Part shown: positions 1 through 9,619 of the stretch, one piece after another
Position numbering within the stretch: the first letter of the stretch is position 1
Layout of the letters: the number at the start of each line of letters is the position of its first letter
Source of the DNA: an uncultured Candidatus Rokubacteria bacterium
GTDB taxonomy: Bacteria > Methylomirabilota > Methylomirabilia > Rokubacteriales > DASRDR01
Assembly (NCBI GenBank): GCA_963826115.1
Contig: CAWGVS010000005.1
Coordinates: forward strand, 32,001 to 96,000
Length of the DNA stretch: 64,000 nucleotides
Direction of reading: 5' to 3'
Notes under the pieces: model-generated
Database searches by the model: none
What the model was told of the DNA's origin: nothing
The model's input: only the letters and a program-made list of their open reading frames with translations
Program-made: the position numbers and the translations under genes

Positions 1-83
1 AACGTGACGTCCTCGCCCGCGCGGGCCAGGAGCCCGCCGAAGTACCCACCGGTTCCGCCGCTTCCCATCACGGTCACTCGCAT
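1..83 (-). CDS. panE: 2-dehydropantoate 2-reductase (ketopantoate reductase) family, N-terminal part, runs off the window
   Basis: Manual translation MRVTVMGSGGTGGYFGGLLARAGEDVT is the typical KPR Rossmann start. GGGAGG SD lies upstream. Not in the ORF track. Confidence 0.75.
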   Translation of the reverse strand, partial: MRVTVMGSGGTGGYFGGLLARAGEDVT

Positions 84-164
84 GGTCGTCCCGCCTCCCA
101 TCCCTTCCGCGATTCTAGCGCGGGTGTCGAGGCCCCGGCGCTCGCGCCACGCGTGGCGCGTCGT

Positions 165-193
165 TTGACAAGCCCCGGCCCCGCTGCTAGCGT
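165..193 (+). promoter_or_regulatory. sigma70-type promoter for the HTH/qor unit
   Basis: TTGACA (165-170), 17-nt spacer, TG-n-TAGCGT extended -10 (185-193). Confidence 0.6.
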
Positions 194-254
194 CGATCCG
201 TCGAGCGCACACACGCTGCCCGGCTAAACGCGAGAATCCTGGAGGTCCCCGGTT

Positions 255-767
255 TTGGCCAAGATCGAGATGGCGATCAAGGACGCGATTGCGCGCGGCG
301 CGCGCAAGCACATACGGAGCGCGGCGACGCCGCTCCGGCGGGACGTGCGACGGCTCCGGCAGGCGGTGCGCGAGCTGCGCACGCAGGTGGCGGCGCTTCG
401 CGAAGTGGCGACGCGCTGGACGGAATCCCAGGCCGGCCGCGGATGGCAGCCGGGGGTGTCCGAGGACGAGGCGCGGACCGCGCGGCTGTCCCCGGGCCTC
501 ATCCGGAAGCTCCGCGTGCGCCTGGCCCTCAGCCAGGCGGCGGTCGCGCGCCTGGTGGGCGTGAGCCCCGCCGCCGTCGTGCAGTGGGAGCAGGGGCGCG
601 CCACCCCCGCGGGCAAGAATCGCGCGGCGCTGGTCGGGCTCCGCCGGCTCGGGCGCCGCCAGGCGAAGCGGCTGCTCGCGTCGGCGACCCCCGGGCGTCC
701 GGCGCGGCGCCGGCCGGCCGCCTCGCGCGGCCGTCGCGCCCGCCCGCGCCGTCCGCGCCGACGCTAG
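255..767 (+). CDS. XRE-family HTH protein with N-terminal coiled coil and Arg-rich tail
   Basis: IRKLRVRLALSQAAVARLVGVSPAAVVQWEQG is an HTH_3-type motif. TTG start follows GGAGG (241-245). Confidence 0.75.
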   Translation: MAKIEMAIKDAIARGARKHIRSAATPLRRDVRRLRQAVRELRTQVAALREVATRWTESQAGRGWQPGVSEDEARTARLSPGLIRKLRVRLALSQAAVARLVGVSPAAVVQWEQGRATPAGKNRAALVGLRRLGRRQAKRLLASATPGRPARRRPAASRGRRARPRRPRRR

Positions 768-792
768 CCGACACCACCGAGGAGGCGTTCCG

Positions 793-1761
793 ATGCGAGC
801 GATCCGTGTCCACGAGTTCGGCGGTCCGGAGGCCATGCGGCTCGACGAGCTGCCCGCGCCCAAGCCCGGCGAGGGGCAGGCCCTCGTCCGGATCGAGGCG
901 GCCGGCGTCAACTTCATCGACGTCTACCAGCGGACCGGCCTCTACAAGAACGCGCTGCCCTATTCCCTCGGGCTCGAGGGCGCGGGCGTCGTCGAGGCGG
1001 TGGGCGGCGGCGTGACGACGGTCCACGTCGGCGACCGCGTCGCCTGGACCGGCATTCCGGGATCGTACGCGACCCACAACGTGGTGCCGGCCGACAAGCT
1101 CGTCGCGCTGCCCGCGGGCGTCGACGCGCGCGCCGGGGCGTCGGCCATGCTCCAGGGCATGACGGCGCACTACCTCGCCCACTCGACGTACCCGCTCAAG
1201 CGCGGCGACACCTGCCTGGTCCACGCGGCCGCCGGGGGCGTCGGGCTCCTCCTCTGTCAGATGGCGAAGCACGCCGGGGCGCGGGTCATCGGCACCGTCT
1301 CCACCGAGGAGAAGGCGAAGCTCGCGCGGGAGGCGGGCGCCGACGAGATCATCTTCTACACGCGCCAGGATCTCGAGGCGGAGGTGAAGCGGCTGACCGG
1401 CGGCAAGGGCCTCCAGGTCATCTACGACTCCGTCGGCAAGGACACGTTCGAGAAGGGCTTCAACTGCCTCGCGCAGCGGGGGTACATGGTGCTGTACGGC
1501 GCCTCGAGCGGGCCGGTCGCGCCGCTCGACCCGCAGATCCTGAACGCCAAGGGCTCGCTCTTCCTCACGCGGCCGAGCCTGTTCCACTACACCGCGACGC
1601 GGGACGATCTCGTGAAGCGGGCGGGCGAGGTCCTCGGCTGGATCCAGAAGGGTCAGTTGAAGCTGCGCATCGGCGCGACCTTCCCGCTCGCCGAGGCGGC
1701 GCAGGCGCACCGGGACCTCGAGGGCCGGCGGACGACGGGCAAGGTCCTCCTGATCCCCTGA
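793..1761 (+). CDS. qor: NADPH:quinone oxidoreductase (zeta-crystallin/MDR family)
   Basis: GVNFIDVYQRTGLY, HAAAGGVG, GSLFLTRPSL and RRTTGKVLLIP motifs; GGAGG SD. Confidence 0.92.
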   Translation: MRAIRVHEFGGPEAMRLDELPAPKPGEGQALVRIEAAGVNFIDVYQRTGLYKNALPYSLGLEGAGVVEAVGGGVTTVHVGDRVAWTGIPGSYATHNVVPADKLVALPAGVDARAGASAMLQGMTAHYLAHSTYPLKRGDTCLVHAAAGGVGLLLCQMAKHAGARVIGTVSTEEKAKLAREAGADEIIFYTRQDLEAEVKRLTGGKGLQVIYDSVGKDTFEKGFNCLAQRGYMVLYGASSGPVAPLDPQILNAKGSLFLTRPSLFHYTATRDDLVKRAGEVLGWIQKGQLKLRIGATFPLAEAAQAHRDLEGRRTTGKVLLIP

Positions 1762-1804
1762 CGCCGTCGCCGGGGAAGGGCGGATCCCGAGGCCGGGTGG
1801 CGTC

Positions 1805-2857
1805 GTGGTGACGCGGGCGGTCGCGGCGGTCGACGACGGCACCGGCCTCCTCCTCCGGGCGACGCTCGCCGCCGACGAGGGGGAGCGCGCCGTCGCGTGG
1901 GCCTGCTGGGCGCGCGATCACGATCTCGACGCGATCGACGCGCTCGGCGGATGGCTCCTGCCGCTCGTCCACCGGCGCGTGCCCCAGGCCGCGCTGGGCT
2001 CGGCCCTCGGCCGCCTCCGCGGGATCCACCGCTACCACTGGACGCGGAACCAGATGCTCGCGTCCCGGCTCGGCGCGGCCTTCCGCGCCCTCGGGCAGGA
2101 CGGCGTCCTGCCGGTCATGGTCAGCGGTCCGGCCCTCGCGATCCGGTGGTACCCCGACGCCGGGGCTCGACCGGTCGAGGTCGCGGACCTGCTGCTCGAC
2201 GTCCCATCGATCCCGCGCGCGGTCGCGCGGCTGCGGGAGCTCGACTGGCTGGACGCCGACCACACCGTGTCGCGCGGGCTCCGCGGTTCGGGGACGCGGG
2301 CGCTCACGACCGAGCCCGGGTGCCGCGTGGTCCTCCATCCCGCGCGGCGGGACGAGCAGGCGCCCGCCGAGGCGCTGGCGGTGGGCGCGACGGAGACGCG
2401 CGCGCTCGACGCGGAGGCGACCCTCGTCGCCGTGTGCGGCGCGGGATGGCGGTTCCGCGAGTGGTCCACGCCCCGATGGATCCCGGACGCGGCGCTCCTG
2501 CTCCAGTCGGCGGGGGCGACGCTCGACTGGGCCCGAGTGGCGACGGAGGCCGCGGCGTGGGGCGCGGCCGCGACCGTGCACGCGCGACTCGCGGAGCTCC
2601 GGGCGGCCGGGCTCGCGCTGGTGCCGGACGCGGCGCTCGACCGGCTCGGGCGCGTCGGGCCGACGGCGCTCGAGCGCGTCGAGACGATGGCCGCGCGCTG
2701 CGTCTCGCGGGCCCGCGCGGAGCAGCTCGGAGTCCGCCGCCGCACGTGGCTCCGCGCCGCCGGATTCGCGTGGGACCGCGCCCTCGCCGCCCTCCGCGGC
2801 GCCGAGCCGGCGCCCCGGCCGGCGCCCCGGGCGCCGACCCCCGCCGCGCGTCAGTGA
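1805..2857 (+). CDS. Nucleotidyltransferase family protein (NTP_transf_5-like), degenerate motif
   Basis: RLRGIHRYHWTRNQ, GPALAIRWYPDAGARP..DLLL, RWIPDA and LDWARV match the family layout. Start uncertain. Confidence 0.6.
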   Translation: MVTRAVAAVDDGTGLLLRATLAADEGERAVAWACWARDHDLDAIDALGGWLLPLVHRRVPQAALGSALGRLRGIHRYHWTRNQMLASRLGAAFRALGQDGVLPVMVSGPALAIRWYPDAGARPVEVADLLLDVPSIPRAVARLRELDWLDADHTVSRGLRGSGTRALTTEPGCRVVLHPARRDEQAPAEALAVGATETRALDAEATLVAVCGAGWRFREWSTPRWIPDAALLLQSAGATLDWARVATEAAAWGAAATVHARLAELRAAGLALVPDAALDRLGRVGPTALERVETMAARCVSRARAEQLGVRRRTWLRAAGFAWDRALAALRGAEPAPRPAPRAPTPAARQ

Positions 2858-4026
2858 GGGTGGGCGGCGCCGCCGCGCAGGAGCCGCGCCGCGCGGAGGG
2901 GGTAGTGGAGCGGCGCGAGCCAGCGCGGTAGCGGCGTCGCCGTCCAGTCGGCCACCGTCGGCATCATCGCGAAGCGGACGTAGGCGAGCCGGTTCCGCCA
3001 CGTCCCGCGCACGCCCAGGTGGAACCGCGCGGTGTCCCCGATCCCGAGCCGCGCGCTCCCGGCGAGGTCGAGCTGGGTCGAGACGACGCGCGCGAGGCCG
3101 GCGAGCCTCGGGTCACTCGCCACCGCGCGGGGCAGGGGATCGGGGAGATCGGTCGCCAGGAGGTCTCGCGCCAGGAGGCAGCCGAGGAGGAGCTCTCGCC
3201 GGTGACCCGCACGGCCGGCGTCGTCGAGAACGCGGGCCCAGTCGAGCGCCGGACGCTTTGCGATGAGCTCCGCCACGTCGACGATCCAGCCGAGGCGCTC
3301 CCACACGTGCTTCGCGCCGTGGACGCACAGCGCCACGAGGAGCACGTCCACGGGGAGCGTCTCGAAGGTCGTCCCCGCCACCGCCACCGTCTCCAGCCGT
3401 TCGCGCGGCAGCGACCCGCCGAGGCCGGACGACAGCGCCCGCGGCGACACGCTCCAGTGGAGCTCGAGCACGATGCCTTCGGGCCGGCGCGTCAAGGCGT
3501 ACGGATGCGCGGAGCGGACGAGCTGCCGCTCCTGCCACGCCCGGAGCGGCACCTGGGGCACGAATCCCTCCGCGAGGAGCGCCGCCTTCGCGGGAGCGAG
3601 CTGCGCGGGATCGATCAGGAGATCGAGGTCCCCGGCGTGCCGGCTGCCGACGCTGCCGTAGACGAGCGCCGCGAGCACCGGCCCCTTGTACGGGATGACC
3701 CGGATACCGGCGTCCCCCAGACGGTCGACGACGCGCCGGAGCCAGCCGGTGAGGAGGAGGCACCGGCCCGTGTTCTCGTGGGTGAATTGCCGAAGCGCGG
3801 CGAGCGTGTCGGACGGCACGAGCCCGGCGGGCGCGGCGCGGAGCGCCTGGTAGACCAGCGGGGCCACGCCGTGGCGGAGGGCCGCCGCGACGACGGCCGC
3901 CCAGTCGATGGGCCCCGCGAGGCGCTGCTCGAGCCGCGCCCGGCGCTCGGGGCGTCGATGCGCGGTGGCGGCGTCGAGGAGGAGCTCGAGCGGCGCCGCG
4001 GCGCTGCCGGCGGGCACCGGGGTCAC
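2851..4026 (-). CDS. Nucleotidyltransferase family protein (NTP_transf_5)
   Basis: PYKGPVLAALVYGSVGSRHAGDLDLLI, ELHW, LCVHGAKHVWERLGWIVDVAEL. Confidence 0.8.
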   Translation of the reverse strand: MTPVPAGSAAAPLELLLDAATAHRRPERRARLEQRLAGPIDWAAVVAAALRHGVAPLVYQALRAAPAGLVPSDTLAALRQFTHENTGRCLLLTGWLRRVVDRLGDAGIRVIPYKGPVLAALVYGSVGSRHAGDLDLLIDPAQLAPAKAALLAEGFVPQVPLRAWQERQLVRSAHPYALTRRPEGIVLELHWSVSPRALSSGLGGSLPRERLETVAVAGTTFETLPVDVLLVALCVHGAKHVWERLGWIVDVAELIAKRPALDWARVLDDAGRAGHRRELLLGCLLARDLLATDLPDPLPRAVASDPRLAGLARVVSTQLDLAGSARLGIGDTARFHLGVRGTWRNRLAYVRFAMMPTVADWTATPLPRWLAPLHYPLRAARLLRGGAAHPH

Positions 4027-4053
4027 GCTTCTGCCCCGCGTGGCCGCGCCGGG

Positions 4054-5040
4054 TCAGCGCGGCTTCAGCACCTGGGGATTGACCACGCACTCGGCCGGCG
4101 GCGGCTCGCCTCGCCAGACCGCGAGGATCGCGTCGATGGCGCGGTTGGCCATGGCCGCTTCCGACGTCTCGTCGATCCCCGCCACGTGCGGGCTCAGCAC
4201 GACGTTGTTGAGGCCGAAGAGCGCGGAGTCGAAGAGCGGCTCCTTCTCGAACACGTCGAGCCCGGCGCCGGCGATGCGGCCGGTGACCAGCGCCTCGTGG
4301 AGCGCCGACTCGTCGACCAGGGCGCCGCGGGCGGTGTTGACGAGGTGCGCCGTGGGCTTCATCAGGGCGAGGCGCTCGCGGTTGATCAGGTGCCGGTTCT
4401 CGGGCGTGGCGGGACAGTGGAGCGTCACCAGGTCGGCGCGCCGAAGGAGCTCCTCCAGCGAGACGAGCTGGATCCCGTGCTCGCGCACGAAGTCGCGGTT
4501 CGGATAGGGCTCGTAGGCGAGGATCGTCATGTCGAACCCGCGGCACCGGCGGGCCACGGCCTGGCCGATCCGGCCGAGGCCGACGATGCCCACGGTGGCG
4601 CGCCAGAGGCCCGGATGGAACTCGGTCTTCCACTTGCCGCCGGTGATCAGGCGATGGTTCTGGAGGAGGCCGCGCTGGAGCGCGAACATGAGCGATACCG
4701 CGTAGTCCGCGACGGCCTCGTGGTTGGCTCCCACCGCGGTGGTGACCACGACGTTGTGGCGCGTGGCCGCGTCGACGTCGATCGCGTCGAAGCCGACGCC
4801 CCAGCGCGCGACGACGCGGAGGTCCGGAGCGCCCCGGAAGATACGCTCGGTGTAGGGCTCGCTGCTCGCCAGGGTCGCGAAGACTCCGGGGAGCGCCTGG
4901 CCGAGCTCCTCCTCCGTCATCTTGCCGTTGCGGCCGATGCGGCGCTCGACCTCGAGACCCGCGGCCTCGAGGCGCTCGAGGTACGGGGCGTTGCGCTGGT
5001 AGGTGTGGGGCACGGTGATCAGGACGCGTCGCGCATTCAT
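4054..5040 (-). CDS. D-isomer-specific 2-hydroxyacid / phosphoglycerate dehydrogenase family
   Basis: RWGVGFDAID, GIVGLGRIG, NTARGALVDE, GAGLDVFEKEP, SPHVAG. Confidence 0.9.
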   Translation of the reverse strand: MNARRVLITVPHTYQRNAPYLERLEAAGLEVERRIGRNGKMTEEELGQALPGVFATLASSEPYTERIFRGAPDLRVVARWGVGFDAIDVDAATRHNVVVTTAVGANHEAVADYAVSLMFALQRGLLQNHRLITGGKWKTEFHPGLWRATVGIVGLGRIGQAVARRCRGFDMTILAYEPYPNRDFVREHGIQLVSLEELLRRADLVTLHCPATPENRHLINRERLALMKPTAHLVNTARGALVDESALHEALVTGRIAGAGLDVFEKEPLFDSALFGLNNVVLSPHVAGIDETSEAAMANRAIDAILAVWRGEPPPAECVVNPQVLKPR

Positions 5041-5048
5041 CGCTCGGG

Positions 5049-5077
5049 GTTATCGCACCCCGGCTCCGTCGCGTCAA
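5049..5077 (-). promoter_or_regulatory. Putative sigma70 promoter, probably leaderless transcript
   Basis: Minus strand TTGACG-17nt-GATAAC ends 8 nt before the ATG at 5040. No SD. Confidence 0.4.
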
Positions 5078-5115
5078 GGCCGGCCCGCTGCGCGCACGGG
5101 GCGGACCCGGCGAGT

Positions 5116-5144
5116 TTGACGGACGCACCGCCCGGGCATAGGCT
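5116..5144 (+). promoter_or_regulatory. Putative sigma70 promoter for the MBL/beta-CASP gene
   Basis: TTGACG (5116-5121), 17 nt, TAGGCT (5139-5144). Confidence 0.5.
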
Positions 5145-5200
5145 CCTCGAAGAGGCCCGGGAGCGGCGATGGCTCGGGCGAGACGAGAGGAGGCCCGCCG

Positions 5201-6610
5201 ATTCCCACGTCCCAGCCACTCGCGACGGTCCAGTGCCTCGGCGCCTCGAGGACGGTCACCGGGTCCAAGTTCCTGCTCGATTTCGACGGACGGCAGCTTC
5301 TCGTGGACTGCGGGCTCTACCAGGGGCTCAAGAGCCTCCGCCTCCGGAACTGGGACAAGCTGCCGATCGATCCGGCGAAGATCGAGGCCGTCGCCCTCAC
5401 GCACGCCCACATCGACCACACGGGCTATCTGCCGCGGCTCATCAAGGACGGCTTCGGCGGGCCGGTCCACGCGACGCGTGGCACCGCGGACCTCGCGCGG
5501 ATCCTCTTGCCGGACTCCGGCCACCTCCAGGAAGAGGAGGCGGCGTACCACAACAAGCGCGGGACGTCGAAGCACACCCCGGCGCTTCCCCTCTACACGG
5601 CGGAGGAGGGCGCCCGCGCCGCCGCGGCCGTGACGGGTCTCGGCTACGGCGCGCCGACCCGGCTCCTGCCCGGCATCCAGGGCACGTTCCGGCGCGCTGG
5701 CCACATCCTGGGCTCGGCGTCGATCCATGCGGAGCTGTCGAGCGGCGGCGCGCCTCGCCGCGTCGTCTTCTCGGGGGACGTCGGCCGCTACGCCGCCCCG
5801 ATCCTGCTCGACCCGGAGCCCATCGGCGAGGCGGACTACGTCTTCGTCGAGTCGACCTACGGCGACCGGCTCCACGACACCACGCCGGTGCTCGACCAGA
5901 TCGAGCGCGTCGTCCGCGCGGCGGTCGACCGCGGCGCCGCGCTGGTGGTGCCCGCGTTCGCCGTGGGGCGGACCCAGGAGCTCATCTACCACCTGCGCGC
6001 GCTCGAGGACGCGAACCGGATCCCGCGCCTGCCGACCTTCGTCGACAGCCCGATGGCCATCGAGGCGACGGGGCTCTACTGCTCCCACCCCGAGGACCTC
6101 GACCCCGACACCGCCAAGCCGGTCCTCTCCGGGACGTGCCCGCTCCACACCGGCCGGTTCACGCTGAGCCGCTCCGTCGAGGACTCGCGGAAGATCAACG
6201 ACGTGCGAGGGCCCGCGATCATCATCGCCGCCAGCGGCATGGTCACCGGCGGGCGCATCCTCCACCACCTCCGGCGGCGCCTGCCGGACCCGAAGACGAC
6301 GGTCCTCCTGGTCGGCTTCCAGGCGCCGGGGACGCGCGGCCGGCTCATCCAGGACGGCGCCCGCACGATCCGGATCTTCGGCGAGGACGTTCCCGTCAAC
6401 GCGCACGTCGAGGTGATCCACGGCCTCTCCGCGCACTCCGACGCGAACGGGCTGCTCCGCTGGCTCCGCACGGCGACGGGGCGGCCCCGGCGCGTCTTCG
6501 TGGTCCACGGCGAGGCCGGGCCCGCGGAGACCTTCGCCGGCCGGATCCGGACCGAGCTCGGCTGGGACGCGACGGTGCCGGACTACCGGGAGGTGGTCGC
6601 CCTCGACTGA
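5201..6610 (+). CDS. MBL-fold beta-CASP ribonuclease (YSH1/RMMBL type); probable ATT start
   Basis: CLGASRTVTGSK, LVDCG, THAHIDHTG, AGHILGSA, SGDVG, ESTYG, SAHSD, VVHGE. The conserved N-terminus extends upstream of the track start (5303) to an in-frame ATT 7 nt after GAGGAGG. Confidence 0.88.
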   Translation: MPTSQPLATVQCLGASRTVTGSKFLLDFDGRQLLVDCGLYQGLKSLRLRNWDKLPIDPAKIEAVALTHAHIDHTGYLPRLIKDGFGGPVHATRGTADLARILLPDSGHLQEEEAAYHNKRGTSKHTPALPLYTAEEGARAAAAVTGLGYGAPTRLLPGIQGTFRRAGHILGSASIHAELSSGGAPRRVVFSGDVGRYAAPILLDPEPIGEADYVFVESTYGDRLHDTTPVLDQIERVVRAAVDRGAALVVPAFAVGRTQELIYHLRALEDANRIPRLPTFVDSPMAIEATGLYCSHPEDLDPDTAKPVLSGTCPLHTGRFTLSRSVEDSRKINDVRGPAIIIAASGMVTGGRILHHLRRRLPDPKTTVLLVGFQAPGTRGRLIQDGARTIRIFGEDVPVNAHVEVIHGLSAHSDANGLLRWLRTATGRPRRVFVVHGEAGPAETFAGRIRTELGWDATVPDYREVVALD

Positions 6611-6632
6611 TCGCGCCGCGCGGCGCGGCGCG

Positions 6633-7400
6633 TCACTCGCCGAGGAACCAGCGGCGCTTGACCGGCGGGTGGTAGGTGAGGCCGAAGTGGCGCGTCGCGG
6701 CGTCGAGGATGACGGTCACGGCCTCCTCGACCGAGTCCGTCACCGTGAACCGCTTGGGATCGGCGGGATCCACCACGGCCTCCTGGACGAGGCGCGTCTC
6801 GATGAAGTCCATGAGCGGATGCCAGAAATCCTGGCCCATCAGCACCAGCGGGAAGTCCCGGATCTTCCCGGTCTGGATGAGGACCGCCAGCTCGAAGATC
6901 TCGTCGAGCGTCCCGAACCCGCCGGGGAGCGCGACGAACGCGTAGGAGTACTTCACCAGCATGACCTTCCGCACGTAGAAGTGCCGGAAGGTGATCCAGC
7001 GGTCGAGGTAGGGGTTCGGCTCCTGCTCCTGCGGCAGCTCGATGTTGCACCCGACCGACCGGCCCCCGACCTCGCGCGCGCCCCGGTTCGCGCCCTCCAT
7101 GATGCCGGGCCCACCCCCGGTCATCACGGTGAACCCGGCCCGCGCCAGGCGCGCGCCGAGCTGGCGGGCGACGACGTAGTAGGGGTGTGTCTCGGGGAAG
7201 CGCGCCGACCCGAACACGGTGACGCACGGGCCCACGAAGTGGAGGGCCCGGAACCCGCGCATGAACTCCGCGAAGATCTTGAGGGCCCGCCAGAGCTCGA
7301 CGCTCCGCCGCTCCGGCCCGCGGAGGAACTGGATCTCCTCCGGCCCCCCGGGCGTCTTGCCCCACTCCGCGTTCTTGGATCGCTTCCCGAACCGCGGCAC
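6633..7400 (-). CDS. LOG family / TIGR00730 Rossmann-fold nucleotide monophosphate nucleosidase
   Basis: VTVFGSAR, TGGGPGIMEGANRG, RKVMLVKYS, PGGFGTLDE. Confidence 0.92.
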   Translation of the reverse strand: MPRFGKRSKNAEWGKTPGGPEEIQFLRGPERRSVELWRALKIFAEFMRGFRALHFVGPCVTVFGSARFPETHPYYVVARQLGARLARAGFTVMTGGGPGIMEGANRGAREVGGRSVGCNIELPQEQEPNPYLDRWITFRHFYVRKVMLVKYSYAFVALPGGFGTLDEIFELAVLIQTGKIRDFPLVLMGQDFWHPLMDFIETRLVQEAVVDPADPKRFTVTDSVEEAVTVILDAATRHFGLTYHPPVKRRWFLGE

Positions 7401-7623
7401 GGGCTACATGATGGCCCCCGGGGGGGCCCCCGGCAAATGTTCGCGGGGCCCGGTTCGGCCGCCATTCCGGCGCCTGCCGGAGAGCTTGCGGCCGGGCGGG
7501 GCTGCCCCTATAGTCGGGGGAACGGCCCGACCCCCAAGGTCGGGCCGAAGCCATCGGCGCACCTCACGCGCCCAGGGAGCCCTGGAGGCGTAACCCCGTG
7601 TCAATCAAAGCGGAGATCGAGCT

Positions 7624-8694
7624 GTGAACCTGCGCGCGACCGACGACCTCCGGATCGACCGGCTCCGGCCGCTGATCCCGCCCGCCATCCTCATGGAGCA
7701 GTACGCGCTCACCGAGCAGGCGTCCAACACGATCGCGGAGGGGCGCGAGGCCATCAACCGCGTCCTCCGGGACGAGGACGACCGACTCCTGGTGGTGGTC
7801 GGGCCCTGCTCGATCCACGACGTGGAGGCCGCGCGCGACTACGCGGCGCGCCTCCGGCACGCCGCGGACCGGCTCGCCGACGACCTCCTGCTCGTGATGC
7901 GCGTCTACTTCGAGAAGCCCCGGACGACGGTCGGCTGGAAGGGCCTCATCAACGACCCGAAGCTCGACGAGAGCTTCGCGATCAACGACGGGCTCGCCCT
8001 CGCGCGGAGCCTCCTCCTCGACCTCGCCAAGATGGGCCTCCCGGCCGGCTGCGAGTTCCTGGACACGATCACGCCCCAGTTCATCGCCGACCTGGTGTCG
8101 TGGGGGGCGATCGGCGCCCGCACCACCGAGAGCCAGGTGCACCGGGAGCTCGCCTCGGGGCTCTCGATGCCGGTCGGGTTCAAGAACGGCACCGACGGCA
8201 ACGTCCAGATCGCCGTCGACGCGATCCGCGCGGCGATGCACCCCCACCAGTTCCTCTCGGTGACGAAGCAGGGGCTGGCGGCGATCGTCGTGACGCGCGG
8301 CAACGACGCGTGCCACGTGATCCTCCGCGGCGGCCACAAGCGGCCGAACTACCACGCCGAGGACATCGAGCAGACCGCGAAGGTGCTGACGCGCGCCGGC
8401 CTCCCGCCGCGGATCATGGTGGACTGCTCCCACGGCAACAGCGGCAAGGACCACACGCGCCAGCCGGCCGTGGCGCGGGACATCGCCGCCCAGATCGCCG
8501 AGGGGCAGCGTCACGTCTTCGGGATCATGCTCGAGAGCCACCTGGTGGGCGGCCGGCAGGACGCGCGGCCGGGACAGGCGCTCGCCTACGGGCAGAGCAT
8601 CACCGATGCCTGCCTCGCGTGGGACGACACGCTCCCGGTGCTGGACGACCTCGCCAAGGCGGTCCGGGCGCGCCGCGTGAAGCCGCGTGACTGA
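7624..8694 (+). CDS. aroG: 3-deoxy-7-phosphoheptulonate (DAHP) synthase, class I-alpha
   Basis: GPCSIHD, RVYFEKPRTTVGWKGLINDP, GARTTESQVHRELASG, DCSHGNS, YGQSITDAC. Confidence 0.95.
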   Translation: MNLRATDDLRIDRLRPLIPPAILMEQYALTEQASNTIAEGREAINRVLRDEDDRLLVVVGPCSIHDVEAARDYAARLRHAADRLADDLLLVMRVYFEKPRTTVGWKGLINDPKLDESFAINDGLALARSLLLDLAKMGLPAGCEFLDTITPQFIADLVSWGAIGARTTESQVHRELASGLSMPVGFKNGTDGNVQIAVDAIRAAMHPHQFLSVTKQGLAAIVVTRGNDACHVILRGGHKRPNYHAEDIEQTAKVLTRAGLPPRIMVDCSHGNSGKDHTRQPAVARDIAAQIAEGQRHVFGIMLESHLVGGRQDARPGQALAYGQSITDACLAWDDTLPVLDDLAKAVRARRVKPRD

Positions 8695-9484
8695 GGTGGC
8701 GGGCGAGGCCCTCGCGGGCCGCGTCGCCCTCGTCACCGGGGCGGGCGCGGGGATCGGACGCGCGACGGCGCTCGCCCTCGCCCGCGCGGGCGCGGACCTC
8801 GCCGTCAACGACCTCCGCGCCGACGCCGCCGAGAAGGTCGCGGGCGAGGCGCGGGCGCTCGGGCGGAAGGCGCTCGCGGTCCCGGCCGACGTGTCGGCGG
8901 TGCCGGAGATCGAGCGCCTGATCGCGCGCGTGACCGCGGGCCTCGGGCGACTCGACGTCCTCGTGAACAACGCCGGGCTGATCCGGCCCACGCCGTTCGG
9001 CCAGGTCACCGAGCGCGACTGGGACGAGACCTTCGCGGTCAACGCGCGGGGCCTCTTCTTCTGCATGCAGGCGGCCGCGCCGGTGATGATCGCCCAGGGC
9101 TCGGGCGTCATCGTGAACGTGTCGTCCATCGCCGGCCGCGGCTCGGCGAGCCTGTCCCCGCCCTACGCCGCCAGCAAGACGGCGGTCCTGTCGCTCACCC
9201 AGCAGGCCGCGCGGGCGCTCGCCCGGCACGGCGTCCGGGTGAACGCGGTCTGCCCGGGCGTCGTCGACACCGACTTCAACTGGCGGCTCGACGACCTGCT
9301 CGGCGTCCGCCAGCAGGGCCTCGCCGCCGGCGAGTTCATGAAGCAGCGCGCCGCCAGCGTGCCGCTCGGCCGGCTGGCCGAGCCCGACGACATCGCCCGC
9401 GTGATCGTCTTCCTCGCCTCGCCCGCCGGCGGCTACATCACGGGGCAGGCGGTCACCGTCGACGGCGGCTTCCTGATGCACTGA
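8687..9484 (+). CDS. Short-chain dehydrogenase/reductase (SDR)
   Basis: TGAGAGIG, NNAG, YAASK, VNAVCPG, YITGQAVTVDGG. Overlaps the aroG stop. Confidence 0.92.
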   Translation: MTEVAGEALAGRVALVTGAGAGIGRATALALARAGADLAVNDLRADAAEKVAGEARALGRKALAVPADVSAVPEIERLIARVTAGLGRLDVLVNNAGLIRPTPFGQVTERDWDETFAVNARGLFFCMQAAAPVMIAQGSGVIVNVSSIAGRGSASLSPPYAASKTAVLSLTQQAARALARHGVRVNAVCPGVVDTDFNWRLDDLLGVRQQGLAAGEFMKQRAASVPLGRLAEPDDIARVIVFLASPAGGYITGQAVTVDGGFLMH

Positions 9485-9619
9485 CCGGCGGGCGCCGCCG
9501 CCCGCCGGGGACGCCCGAACTTCCGGGGCGTCTCGCTCGTTCAATGGATGTCGACCCGCGGGCGACCGGAGCGCCGCGCGCCCGCCCTGGAGCCATTCGC
9601 ACCCCGAGGGAGGTTCTCC

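Noticed and set aside
3019-6675. 1218-aa and 1131-aa ORFs spanning several genes
   Set aside because: These are antisense or off-frame shadows of the nucleotidyltransferase, dehydrogenase and MBL genes.
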